Shown: positions 55,855-64,000 of the stretch, piece after piece
Layout of the letters: every line of letters begins with the position of its first letter
How positions within the stretch are numbered: the stretch's first letter is position 1
Assembly: GCA_035402825.1 (NCBI GenBank)
Contig: DAONDZ010000004.1
Coordinates: 8,456-72,455 of the forward strand
Source: a bacterium
Lineage (GTDB): Bacteria; Patescibacteriota; Patescibacteriia; Patescibacteriales; UBA12465
Direction: 5' to 3'
Length of the DNA stretch: 64,000 nt
Position numbers and translations under genes: made by a program
The notes under the pieces: model-generated
Told to the model about the DNA's origin: nothing
The model's database searches: none
The model's input: the letters and a program-made list of their open reading frames with translations, nothing else

Positions 55855-56019
55855 AAGTTGTTTTTAAAATCATAACACAAAAAACTGATATTTTGAAAGC
55901 TAGGCTAAAATTCCCTAAAAAATCCCCAAATTGCCTTATTTTTATTTGATTAACCTTTTAGCCTCACTTCAGCCCCAAAATTATATAATCAAAGCAGTTA
56001 ATTATCAAAGGAGGTCACA

Positions 56020-56244
56020 ATGTCCTTATCAAGAATCTGCCACGAGCACCCTTGCCTCAAGCCCTATGATGAAGGTCCCTGCCACAAGCAACGCCCACTG
56101 GGAATAATGGGCAGTGTCAGCTTGTGCGCTGAAAATCAAACCGACTGCCCTTATTACCACGAATTGGAATATGGTTGCTACGATTTTGAAGACACTTTAT
56201 TCCTGGCTAATTGGGAGGAATGCCTGGCGCTAAAAACTAGTTAA
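56020..56244 (+). CDS. Small Cys/His-rich hypothetical protein (74 aa)
   Basis: Strong SD aaaggaggtcacaATG; 8 Cys. Confidence 0.5.
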   Translation: MSLSRICHEHPCLKPYDEGPCHKQRPLGIMGSVSLCAENQTDCPYYHELEYGCYDFEDTLFLANWEECLALKTS

Positions 56245-56283
56245 TACGGAGCGGTCTGACGGCCGCTCCATTTTCAAAAAATT

Positions 56284-56976
56284 ATGAATATTATCACTGC
56301 TTTGGATGAAGTCTTTTCCTTCATTCCCAAAACTGAATTGCGAAAGTTTAAAGATCAGGGATTGTATCAGCCCATCTTGAGGGGCGAGGCTAAAGATGCC
56401 AGCCAGCTCTATGAATATCTCAACAATGCCCAATGCTCTTGGCCGCGGTCAGACTATCGATCTTTGGCCCAAGAGTTAAAAAAACAGCTACTCTCCGGAC
56501 CGACCTTGCAAATCGGCTGTGGCGGCGGCGAGATGCTCTTGCACCTCTATCATTCCGGCCAAAAAATGCTCTATGGATTAGATTGCAGTCCGGCCATGTT
56601 ACGCTTAGCCCGCCAAAAATTAAAAGGCTTGAATGTAAAATTAATCAAAGAACGGGCGGAGAATATTAAGCAAATTAGTCTCCTGCCTTTAAAAAATATT
56701 ATCATCCATAATTTCTGGGGGCTACTGCCTAAGGCAGCTTCGATAAAACTGCTCTTAGATTTAAAGCTGAAGCTCTTGCCCGGCGGACAGATAATCATCG
56801 GGCCCAATACACCATTAACCCGACCCGGCCGAAAACAACAAGCAGAAAAAATCCTGAGCCAAGAACTAGATTTCCATTTTAACTATCCTCAATTTAAGAA
56901 CTTCTCCCAATTAGGTTACCGAGTCAAAATGATTAATGCCGCCGGTTACGAATATTATTTTCTCATCAGGCCCTGA
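56284..56976 (+). CDS. Class I SAM-dependent methyltransferase
   Basis: Motif I LQIGCGGGEM, post-I LYGLDCS. Confidence 0.7.
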   Translation: MNIITALDEVFSFIPKTELRKFKDQGLYQPILRGEAKDASQLYEYLNNAQCSWPRSDYRSLAQELKKQLLSGPTLQIGCGGGEMLLHLYHSGQKMLYGLDCSPAMLRLARQKLKGLNVKLIKERAENIKQISLLPLKNIIIHNFWGLLPKAASIKLLLDLKLKLLPGGQIIIGPNTPLTRPGRKQQAEKILSQELDFHFNYPQFKNFSQLGYRVKMINAAGYEYYFLIRP

Positions 56977-57159
56977 AACTATTCGGACCAAGGTCGAACT
57001 GAATAGAGGCGGGGTAATTTGACATACTAAGCCAAGTAATTCTAAAATTATGGCAGAATTAATAACTCAATTATTATCTTGTCCAGAAACACGTTCCGTT
57101 TTAGCCCGCGGACTTCTGCCCCCGGCTGGACCCTACATCCCCTGGCATGAATAAAAACT

Positions 57160-58545
57160 ATGTTTAGCTTCCCAGAGCGCCTCCGTCAAGAATCCACCAT
57201 AACTGTTTGGCAAATATTAAAAATCTTAAGCTGGCTGTCAATAATTTTATCCGTTAGCGCCACTCTAATCTTACTAGCCGATCAAATCAGCTACGGCGCC
57301 GGCTACCATGGTTTATCCCCTCTCTGGGGATTAGCCATCAGCTTGCTTTTTATTTTTATTTATTACTTAGGAAAAAGACGACCGGCTCTGGGAAGCAGCT
57401 TATTCATTGCTGTTTATTTTATCTTCAACACCTATTTTGCCTATCGCTGGGGCGTGGAACTGCCGGCGGTGATAATCTTCTATATTCTTTTAGTAGTCAT
57501 GACTATGATTCTGCGGGGACCGAAAGGCGGCTGGATAATGGCCGGCGCCGCCAGCTTGTTTCTGCTTGGCGGAGCAATATTGGAAGACCGGCACTTATTA
57601 AATCCGAATCTTTATTGGCGGGCTAACCACGCCAATGCCGCGGATAAAGTTCCGGAAATTATCGCTATTATAATCGTAGCCGTTATTTGCGCTCTCTATA
57701 CTCGACAAATCAAACTATCGCTCAAAAGAGTCTGGACTTCCGAGGACCTATTGCGCCAAGAACGAGATAATCTGGAAACGACTGTAGCGCAAAGAACCAG
57801 AGAATTGAAACAAGCTCAATTGGAAAAGATGACTCAGCTTTATCGTTTCGCCGAATTTGGCCGCTTATCAGCTGGCATCTTCCATGACCTGGTTAATCCG
57901 CTAACCGCCGTCAACTTAAACTTGCATCAAATTGAAAAAACCAAAAACCCTGATTTTAAATCCAGCCAAGACAACCTGCACCGCGCCCTAAAAGCTACGG
58001 AGAAAATGAATGATTTTGTAATTACCTTAAAAAGACAATTAAAGAAAGAAAGCCAATCCATCTTATTCTCCGTCAATGAAGAAATTAGACAAACTATTTT
58101 GCTTTTAAATTATCCTTTAACTAAAGCCGGACTGAATTGTGATTTTCGAAGCAATGGTGAATTCCATTTGCAAGGCGATCCCATTAAATTCAATCAAATA
58201 ATTCTCAATTTGGTGGCCAATGCCATTGATGCTTCCAACCGAAAAGAAACCAAGAATTCGGAAATTAAAATTCGCCTCAAAAAACATAACGCCAAAATAT
58301 TAATTACCATCATCGACTACGGCACCGGTATCAGTCCGGAAAACCAAACCAAAATCTTTGAGCCCTTTTTTAGCACCAAGCCCGGCAAGGGATTGGGCAT
58401 TGGATTGTCAGCCACCAAAAATATTATTGAAAAAGACTATCGGGGCACTATCAGCTGCCAAAGCCAAATAGGAACCGGCACCAAATTCACAATCAGCCTG
58501 CCTCTCAAAAATGAACTCTCTAAAAATTCTGCCGACACTATTTAA
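57160..58545 (+). CDS. Sensor histidine kinase (no cognate response regulator in window)
   Basis: ~6 TM N-domain; H-box FHDLVNPLT; N-box NLVANAIDA; DYGTGI; GLGIGLS. Confidence 0.85.
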   Translation: MFSFPERLRQESTITVWQILKILSWLSIILSVSATLILLADQISYGAGYHGLSPLWGLAISLLFIFIYYLGKRRPALGSSLFIAVYFIFNTYFAYRWGVELPAVIIFYILLVVMTMILRGPKGGWIMAGAASLFLLGGAILEDRHLLNPNLYWRANHANAADKVPEIIAIIIVAVICALYTRQIKLSLKRVWTSEDLLRQERDNLETTVAQRTRELKQAQLEKMTQLYRFAEFGRLSAGIFHDLVNPLTAVNLNLHQIEKTKNPDFKSSQDNLHRALKATEKMNDFVITLKRQLKKESQSILFSVNEEIRQTILLLNYPLTKAGLNCDFRSNGEFHLQGDPIKFNQIILNLVANAIDASNRKETKNSEIKIRLKKHNAKILITIIDYGTGISPENQTKIFEPFFSTKPGKGLGIGLSATKNIIEKDYRGTISCQSQIGTGTKFTISLPLKNELSKNSADTI

Positions 58546-59632
58546 AGTTAGCCCGGAACTAGAGAAATACTTTTTCCCTTCCCTGACTCACGGATTTGAG
58601 ATGTTAAACCAGCGATCGGAAAAGTTAGGAGCCAAACAATTGGCTGGCCTAACCTGTCTCTTGGAAATTATTGAAACCGCTCCCGGCGGACCATACCAAG
58701 ATGAAAATGGCGACATTAACCCCGATCTAAATCAATTAATTACCTCCCTGCTCCAAAAACACCAAATCTATATCAACACCGAAACCATCGGGCACCAGCT
58801 CTCGGAAGAAATAATTAACAGAGCCGAAAAACAGCTAGCCGCCTGGCCGGAAAAAATAAAAGCTGAGGCCAGGAAAAAATTGGCCAGAACCATTGCCCTC
58901 AACCATCATCAAGAAATTACTATTTTTGCTCATCATTTTCACCAAGGCTTGAGAGCTGTCTATCAAGAAAAAATTGATAAGGAGCTAATAATCAACCTGG
59001 GGCTGATCAATCTATACTATTGGACCGGATATACTATTCTAGATAACATCTTTGACCAAGAAGAAGATGTTAATCAATTATTCTTAGCCCTGGAGTTTAA
59101 GCGCCTGAGCGATAATCTTCTAAATTGTTTGTCTTTGGACGCTGATACTAAAAAAATAATAACGGAGATCTTTAGCCAAATGCACCAAGGGCAAATGACA
59201 GCGCCGACGCAAGTCCTAGATCTCTCTCAGAAATCGCTGGCCCAAGCTATCGGCCCTTTAGTAATCCTAGCCCAATTAACCGACGAACCGAGAGAAAACG
59301 ATTTAGCTAATTGGCTGGAATATGCCCGCTGTTATTTAAGCATCCGCCAACTACATGATGATTTGAGTGACCAAGAAACCGACCGAGAAAACAATCGAAG
59401 TAATTATGTAAATGACCATCTCGGCGGCAATAATGAATTAGCAAAGAAAGAAATAACCCGGCTCCTAGCTGCCGGAAAAAAATCCTTGCGCAATATCTCT
59501 GCCCTGGAAAATCCTAGCTATTTCCTAATGCTCCTCGGAAGGTATGAACTTAGCGAACAAAAAGCTAGTGCAATTTTTCAAGCCGAATACCGCCGGCTGA
59601 AAGCGGCGCTGAAAATAAAAAAGCCGTGCTGA
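58511..59632 (+). CDS. Hypothetical protein, class I isoprenoid-synthase-like Asp-rich motifs (tentative)
   Basis: All-helical composition; IRQLHDDLSD resembles second DDxxD motif, ILDNIFDQEED degenerate first motif; 35-nt overlap with kinase gene. Confidence 0.3.
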   Translation: MNSLKILPTLFKVSPELEKYFFPSLTHGFEMLNQRSEKLGAKQLAGLTCLLEIIETAPGGPYQDENGDINPDLNQLITSLLQKHQIYINTETIGHQLSEEIINRAEKQLAAWPEKIKAEARKKLARTIALNHHQEITIFAHHFHQGLRAVYQEKIDKELIINLGLINLYYWTGYTILDNIFDQEEDVNQLFLALEFKRLSDNLLNCLSLDADTKKIITEIFSQMHQGQMTAPTQVLDLSQKSLAQAIGPLVILAQLTDEPRENDLANWLEYARCYLSIRQLHDDLSDQETDRENNRSNYVNDHLGGNNELAKKEITRLLAAGKKSLRNISALENPSYFLMLLGRYELSEQKASAIFQAEYRRLKAALKIKKPC

Positions 59633-60154
59633 TCAGGCGCGGCTTTTTGGTCCATAAATGAATTTAAGGACCTCTCTGGTTAACAGAGAAAATTTGGAAA
59701 ATTCGGCTAAAAGAACGAGGCACTCTGAAGGGATTTCTCCCGGAGGATTGTCTAAGACAACGCACTGCCTGATTAAATCTTCCGGTGCGGAAAAAAGTCT
59801 CCCCTCCTTTAAAGTTAGTTGAGTGCTGATAATACGAATTGAGAAAACGAAAATTTTACCATCGACTCCATGATACTTCTTTAGTTTCTGAAACGGCCCG
59901 ATGGTTTGCAAATGCTGACGGTTAATTTCAACCCCCAACTTATTTTTTATTTTTCCCAGAATGGTATCTTCCGGGGAGTGAATAAACTTATCCGGGGACC
60001 CTCCCCAGAAAATAATTTGGTTGGGTGTGATCTTGGCTTCGGCTGAACGGTGATGAAAAAGCAAATTGCCGTTTTCATCTTTTACTATCGCCACTGCCGC
60101 CCGGTCATATCCGTCTAAGCCCTTTTCGGGCTTCCAAGCTGCTATTCCGTTCAT
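59633..60154 (-). CDS. Nudix-like hydrolase (degenerate Nudix box)
   Basis: GGSPDKFIHSPEDTILGKIKNKLG loosely fits GX5EX7REUXEEXGU. Confidence 0.35.
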   Translation of the reverse strand: MNGIAAWKPEKGLDGYDRAAVAIVKDENGNLLFHHRSAEAKITPNQIIFWGGSPDKFIHSPEDTILGKIKNKLGVEINRQHLQTIGPFQKLKKYHGVDGKIFVFSIRIISTQLTLKEGRLFSAPEDLIRQCVVLDNPPGEIPSECLVLLAEFSKFSLLTREVLKFIYGPKSRA

Positions 60155-60213
60155 CTTCTTAATTTTAATGAAACAATTTTTTTATTATATTTCCATATCT
60201 CATTTTTGTCAAT

Positions 60214-60238
60214 AAAAAACCTGCGGGGTAAGCGCAGG
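60214..60238 (-). terminator. Terminator of 60276-60581
   Basis: cctgcg-7nt-cgcagg, T-run on minus strand. Confidence 0.65.
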
Positions 60239-60275
60239 CTATGTAGTCTCATGTTTTGTTCGATGGGGCCTAGGC

Positions 60276-60581
60276 CTAGGCTTTGGCTTTAATTTTCATG
60301 AGTCGGAACTCGTCGGCCAAAATAGCGGCGGCCGAAAAAGAAACACTAGCCAATATTCTGAACACCAAGAAAACGAGGGGCGATGTGAACCAGCGGCTGC
60401 GAATAAAAATAATTGCGGCTCTGGGATCTTGGCTTATCAAGTTTTTGGCTATGGTGTCCAGGCGTTCAATGTCAAAGAAATTGGTAGCATACTGTCTGGC
60501 ATACCGCCATTTTTCCAAGGTATCCACCTCATTTAAAGGCAGAATCCTGGGTTCCGTGGTTATTACTATCGGATTTTTCAT
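60276..60581 (-). CDS. Hypothetical protein (101 aa)
   Basis: Chosen over fully overlapping + strand ORF because a minus-strand terminator follows it. Confidence 0.4.
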   Translation of the reverse strand: MKNPIVITTEPRILPLNEVDTLEKWRYARQYATNFFDIERLDTIAKNLISQDPRAAIIFIRSRWFTSPLVFLVFRILASVSFSAAAILADEFRLMKIKAKA

Positions 60582-60696
60582 ACTGATTGGTTTTTAAAGG
60601 ATTTTTAACATTACCATATTAAATAACTACTGTCAAGGACATAAAAACCAAAAAGACCCCTAATGGGCCTTTGATTTTATATTGCAATAACTAACG

Positions 60697-61329
60697 CTAG
60701 AAACCTAAATTCTTTAATACCTCCCTGAAAATTACCTCATGACCGGAATCATTGGGGTGTAATCCGTCTTCACAAAGTAATGATAAATAATCATGACCAC
60801 GAAAAGCCGCATTAATATCAATAAACTGGATATCTTCCCTAGCCGCTAAAGCCTTGATCCGATCGTTATAGGAATCAACATATTTATTAAACCGAGAATT
60901 ATCTTTGTTCTCCGGGTGAGAAGCCTGGCTTTCATCAACCGGGCTGATATTCAAAATGAATATTTTCCCGCCGAATTTTTTAGCTTGACCGATAACGCTT
61001 TCTAGATTTTTCTCAAAATCATCTATTTCCACCCTAAACCTATTCTGACTGGGAGTGAAACAAGCGTCGTTAGTTCCATAGGCAAAAATGAAAATTAATT
61101 CTTCCTGCTTAGCGCTATTGAGCCGAGCTTGGACATCCGGCAAAAAGCGACTGACTAAACCGGCAGTGGTTTCGCCGCAGACGCCGATATTGTATGTCAG
61201 AAAATAAAGATTGGGGTCGGCAGCTTGTTGGGCATCCAAAAGCACCCTGAGTCGAGTGGCCCAACCACCCCCGGTCATATCCCAGGCTCCGTAAGTAATA
61301 CTATCGCCAAAACAAAATATTTTTGCCAT
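60697..61329 (-). CDS. SGNH/GDSL hydrolase
   Basis: Block I FGDSITYG, block III GTND, block V DGLHPN. Confidence 0.8.
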   Translation of the reverse strand: MAKIFCFGDSITYGAWDMTGGGWATRLRVLLDAQQAADPNLYFLTYNIGVCGETTAGLVSRFLPDVQARLNSAKQEELIFIFAYGTNDACFTPSQNRFRVEIDDFEKNLESVIGQAKKFGGKIFILNISPVDESQASHPENKDNSRFNKYVDSYNDRIKALAAREDIQFIDINAAFRGHDYLSLLCEDGLHPNDSGHEVIFREVLKNLGF

Positions 61330-61359
61330 ATCGCCAAACCTTATTCCAATTTTATCCGA

Positions 61360-61914
61360 CTATTTTTTCTTAGCCTTCTTCGCCTTAGCTGGCTTGGCTT
61401 TAACAACCGGGGCCTTTTTGGCAGCTTTCTTCGGAGCAGCTTTTTTCACTTCCCGCACCTCTTCTTTTTTGACAATCGGTTGAGAAGCGGTAGCTGGAGT
61501 TAACAGGCGCAAGATCTTATCTAATTTGTCATTTAAAGATTTAATTTGTTCGCTAACGGCGTTATTACCACCGGCATTATCGCCCTTACTGAAACAATTG
61601 CTGCAATAGACCGGCTTGCCGGCGGAAGGCTGGAAAGGCACTTCGCAAGACTGGCCGCATTTATCACAAGTGGCTCGAAACATCTTTTTTTTGCCGAAAC
61701 TAGGCCGACCGGAATCACGGCGTTCAAAGCGATTAGAGTCACGACCGGTATCTTTGCCTTTAAAACAATTACTGCAATAGACCGGCTTATCACCGGTAGG
61801 TTTAAACGGAACCTCACAGCTTTGGCCGCAATCGGCGCAGATAGCCTTATGCATGCTGCCGCGGTTGGAATCGCGATGGCCGAAATTGCCGCCGCCTCTA
61901 TTAAAATTTTTCAT
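61360..61914 (-). CDS. Double zinc-ribbon protein with Lys/Ala-rich histone-H1-like tail
   Basis: CADCGQSCEVPFKPTGDKPVYCSNCF and CDKCGQSCEVPFQPSAGKPVYCSNCF; tail KKAAPKKAAKKAPVVKAKPAKAKKAKKK. Confidence 0.7.
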   Translation of the reverse strand: MKNFNRGGGNFGHRDSNRGSMHKAICADCGQSCEVPFKPTGDKPVYCSNCFKGKDTGRDSNRFERRDSGRPSFGKKKMFRATCDKCGQSCEVPFQPSAGKPVYCSNCFSKGDNAGGNNAVSEQIKSLNDKLDKILRLLTPATASQPIVKKEEVREVKKAAPKKAAKKAPVVKAKPAKAKKAKKK

Positions 61915-62037
61915 AGTTCTTGGGGTTAGTTATTATAATTAAAGTCTAGCTACTTGGGGGCAAAAAAGCAATAGTCCCCCAAAAACAAAGTCCCGCCACA
62001 ACAGAATTGGGCGGGACTTTGATCTTATATAAAGATT

Positions 62038-62235
62038 TTATGCGCGTTGGACGTTAACCGCGTTCAAACCCTTCGGGGACATTTCAGTTTCGAAAGAAAC
62101 TGCATCGCCCTGGTGAAGTTCGTTGAATTGGACACCAACCAAAGAATTGCTGTGGAAGAATAAATCCTTCTCCTGCCCTTCAGCGGTGATGAAACCAAAA
62201 CCTTTGTCGGTTAAAGTTTTAATAATACCAGTCAT
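62038..62235 (-). CDS. Cold-shock domain protein
   Basis: Start moved to MTGIIKTLTDKGFGFITAEG (RNP1), LFFHSNS (RNP2). Confidence 0.9.
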   Translation of the reverse strand: MTGIIKTLTDKGFGFITAEGQEKDLFFHSNSLVGVQFNELHQGDAVSFETEMSPKGLNAVNVQRA

Positions 62236-62325
62236 GATTTTAAGACTTAGTTTATAAGTTTGCAATTTAATAAAGAGTTTAAAAATCGACCACTTTTTTG
62301 ACACGCGATATTTTTTTGCCTAATT

Positions 62326-62354
62326 ACTATACCATATAAAAATAGATAAGTCAA
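62326..62354 (-). promoter_or_regulatory. csp promoter (extended -10) giving ~85-nt 5'UTR
   Basis: Minus strand TTGACT (62354-49) - 17 nt (ending TGg) - TATAGT (62331-26). Confidence 0.6.
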
Positions 62355-62466
62355 ATTGGGGCCTTTTATTGATAATATCCGATTATTTATCTAATCTCAA
62401 AAGCTAACTCAACTAAGGTCCTAAATCAATAAAATAGCATTGGGGATGCTATTTTATCATTGGTTC

Positions 62467-62589
62467 TTATCTCTTCTTTTTCTTAGCGGCGCGCTCTTCC
62501 AGCATCACCCGCTTAACCTCTAAACGTTTCTTGGTCTTATGGGAGTGCGACTTCTTGTGTACGCCGACCCCGGTAGTTCTTTTAGCCAT
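62467..62589 (-). CDS. Unlisted 40-aa highly basic ORF, bL28-like core motif (tentative)
   Basis: Below ORF-track cutoff; MAKRTTGVGVHKKSHSHKTKKRLEVKRVMLEERAAKKKKR; hairpin terminator 62431-62457 downstream. Confidence 0.45.
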   Translation of the reverse strand: MAKRTTGVGVHKKSHSHKTKKRLEVKRVMLEERAAKKKKR

Positions 62590-62646
62590 ATAGATATTTA
62601 ATGAATAATAGCTATCTTAACCCATAAAGGAAATAAAATCAATATT

Positions 62647-62674
62647 TAAAAGCCGCCCTGGAAATTGGGCGGCT
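62647..62674 (-). terminator. Terminator of 62683-63486
   Basis: agccgccc/gggcggct hairpin, T-run on minus strand. Confidence 0.7.
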
Positions 62675-62682
62675 GCAATATC

Positions 62683-63486
62683 TTAAACCTGACGGTTCTT
62701 GTCGGCTTCCAAAAATAACTCTGCATTGGAGTATTTTTTCCTTTCAATTAAGGAAAAATCATCCACCGGCTCTCCTCCTCCGGCCGGACGAATCATTCTC
62801 ACCCAGTTGAAATAATCGGACAAGCCTTGCTGAGTATTGGGATTTTCCCGAGTGTAATGAATAATGGAACAATTAGGCACACGCGCCCAATTTTCTCCAG
62901 TCGTCAGAAATTCATTGGCTTTCTGAAGCGGCATCCTTTCCAAGATTATCCGGAACACTCGCATCACATGGCCATGACAGACGATAATCACATTCTTGCC
63001 ATCGCACTCTCTGGCCAAAGTGACTAAAACCACTTTAATTCTCTGGCAGACATCAGCCAGACTTTCACCCTGAGGCGGACGGAACAAAAATGGCTGGGTG
63101 TTGTAAAATTTCTGCTGGTCCGCATACTTAGAATCCCTTTTGCTGGGCTTAATAACATTAAATAATCCCCCATCTCTTTCCCGGAGATTATAATCAATCA
63201 TCCACTTAGAGTCGGGCAAATTAAGATAAGCCGCGGTCTGCATAGCTCGCACATTATTAGACACCAGCATCCGGTCAAAGTTAAGGAAATTTTCCTGCGA
63301 AAACCAGTTACCGGCTTTTCGAGCTTGCTCAACCCCTAAGAGAGTCAGAGCGTATTGGGATTCATGCAGTCCCAAAAATTCATCCGAGAAAAAAGATTCA
63401 TCGTTATCCTTCTCGTATTTTTTCCTCACCAGATTTCCCTCAGACTGTCCGTGTCTGACCAGAAACAAATTTTTTGGCATTCTCAT
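62683..63486 (-). CDS. Histidine phosphatase superfamily (phosphoglycerate-mutase-like)
   Basis: LVRHGQSEGN (RHG), later CHGH. Confidence 0.75.
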   Translation of the reverse strand: MRMPKNLFLVRHGQSEGNLVRKKYEKDNDESFFSDEFLGLHESQYALTLLGVEQARKAGNWFSQENFLNFDRMLVSNNVRAMQTAAYLNLPDSKWMIDYNLRERDGGLFNVIKPSKRDSKYADQQKFYNTQPFLFRPPQGESLADVCQRIKVVLVTLARECDGKNVIIVCHGHVMRVFRIILERMPLQKANEFLTTGENWARVPNCSIIHYTRENPNTQQGLSDYFNWVRMIRPAGGGEPVDDFSLIERKKYSNAELFLEADKNRQV

Positions 63487-63511
63487 TTTTTCTACTTTTT
63501 TGGTTTAGCAA

Positions 63512-63988
63512 CTAACCTCTTTCATAGGTACCGTGATCGTAATACAAAGGATCAAAACGATAGAAGCGACCTCCTTGAAGCTTTTTCAAAGCTTTTTCTT
63601 TTTCCTGAATAGTCGGCATTAGCGGCAGCTGATCCTCGGAAGCATGGCCGGCCAATCTATTCTTTATAATCTTGATAAACCCGCTACGCTCGTTCCTGTC
63701 CATTTCCCTAATTTTTCCGAAAACTCGCAATTGATGAACCGTTATTTCATTAAAAGCGCCGTAGAGGAAAACTTCCGACAGTCGGAATAAACCGCTATCC
63801 TCCTCTTCGTTCAAGTGGAAAAAAACAGTCAGCTGTTTTGTCAGCCCCTTAGACTTCTCAAAGAAACAGCGATGGCGTAACGGTCGATCGAAAAAAGGAT
63901 TCACGAAGACTCCAGTGTCAGTAGACGGGAAAACCGTCCAAACCAAGGGAAACATTTCCATTCCCTTTTTTTCAGTTATTCTTTCCAT
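63512..63988 (-). CDS. Hypothetical protein (158 aa)
   Basis: ORF 25 nt upstream of next gene; no motif recognised. Confidence 0.45.
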   Translation of the reverse strand: MERITEKKGMEMFPLVWTVFPSTDTGVFVNPFFDRPLRHRCFFEKSKGLTKQLTVFFHLNEEEDSGLFRLSEVFLYGAFNEITVHQLRVFGKIREMDRNERSGFIKIIKNRLAGHASEDQLPLMPTIQEKEKALKKLQGGRFYRFDPLYYDHGTYERG

Positions 63989-64000
63989 ATAGACTCCTAT

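Noticed and set aside
57050-57154. 34-aa ORF (MAELITQLLSCPETRSVLARGLLPPAGPYIPWHE) just upstream of the histidine kinase, downstream of a TTGACA box.
   Set aside because: There is no SD sequence, and the candidate -10 box overlaps the ATG, so the start codon would lie upstream of the likely transcription start. Composition is unremarkable. It is more likely part of the kinase 5'UTR.
60283-60597. 104-aa + strand ORF almost exactly overlapping the 101-aa minus-strand ORF 60276-60581.
   Set aside because: Only one can be real. A minus-strand hairpin with a T-run terminator (60214-60238) follows the minus ORF and the neighbouring genes are on the minus strand, so the + ORF was dropped. Confidence in either is modest.

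Overview
64-kb chromosomal segment. Gene content suggests a small-genome Patescibacteria/CPR-type (Parcubacteria-like) bacterium; this is inference only. The clues are many prepilin-type proteins, a secretin-less type IV pilus operon, a relaxase-less VirB4/VirB6 cluster, large repeat-rich secreted proteins, and tight operons with almost all genes on the minus strand. The standard code (11) gives full-length homologues.

Left to right:
- pilM-N-O-(P)-pilB-pilC-pilin operon (203-6433)
- TolB-like propeller and small housekeeping/scavenging genes (6.5-11.9 kb)
- degenerate tRNA-Ser(UGA)-linked islet with a serine-recombinase remnant and a CARDB-repeat surface protein that carries a perfect 420-bp tandem duplication (12.0-15.5 kb)
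- SH3/FN3-like secreted protein, HAD, PAP2, and the first pilin-FISUMP chimera (16-21 kb)
- small accessory genes and a second tRNA-Ser(GCU)-linked mini-islet (22-24 kb)
- tRNA-Arg(GCG) and recG
- a 10-gene, 11-kb VirB4/VirB3/VirB6/VirB8-like operon whose last cistron is radA (27.4-38.5 kb)
- complete F1Fo ATP synthase operon (39.6-46.4 kb)
- second pilin-FISUMP chimera
- tatD, dnaJ, dnaK, hsp20, grpE and hrcA, with a CIRCE operator (47.7-53.7 kb)
- class B PBP, methyltransferase, orphan histidine kinase, csp, and a zinc-ribbon/H1-tail protein (53.8-64 kb)

No rRNA, CRISPR array or intact transposase was seen.

The most interesting item is the chromosomal, relaxase-less T4SS-like operon coupled to radA, a candidate ComB-like DNA-uptake machine that includes several unclassifiable proteins. 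Other notable items are the pilin-FISUMP fusions, the alanine-type tRNA/tmRNA-like minihelix between dnaK and dnaJ, and the two tRNA-Ser-linked islets that share a distal half-site.

All coordinates and counts were derived by hand from the sequence. No database search was run.
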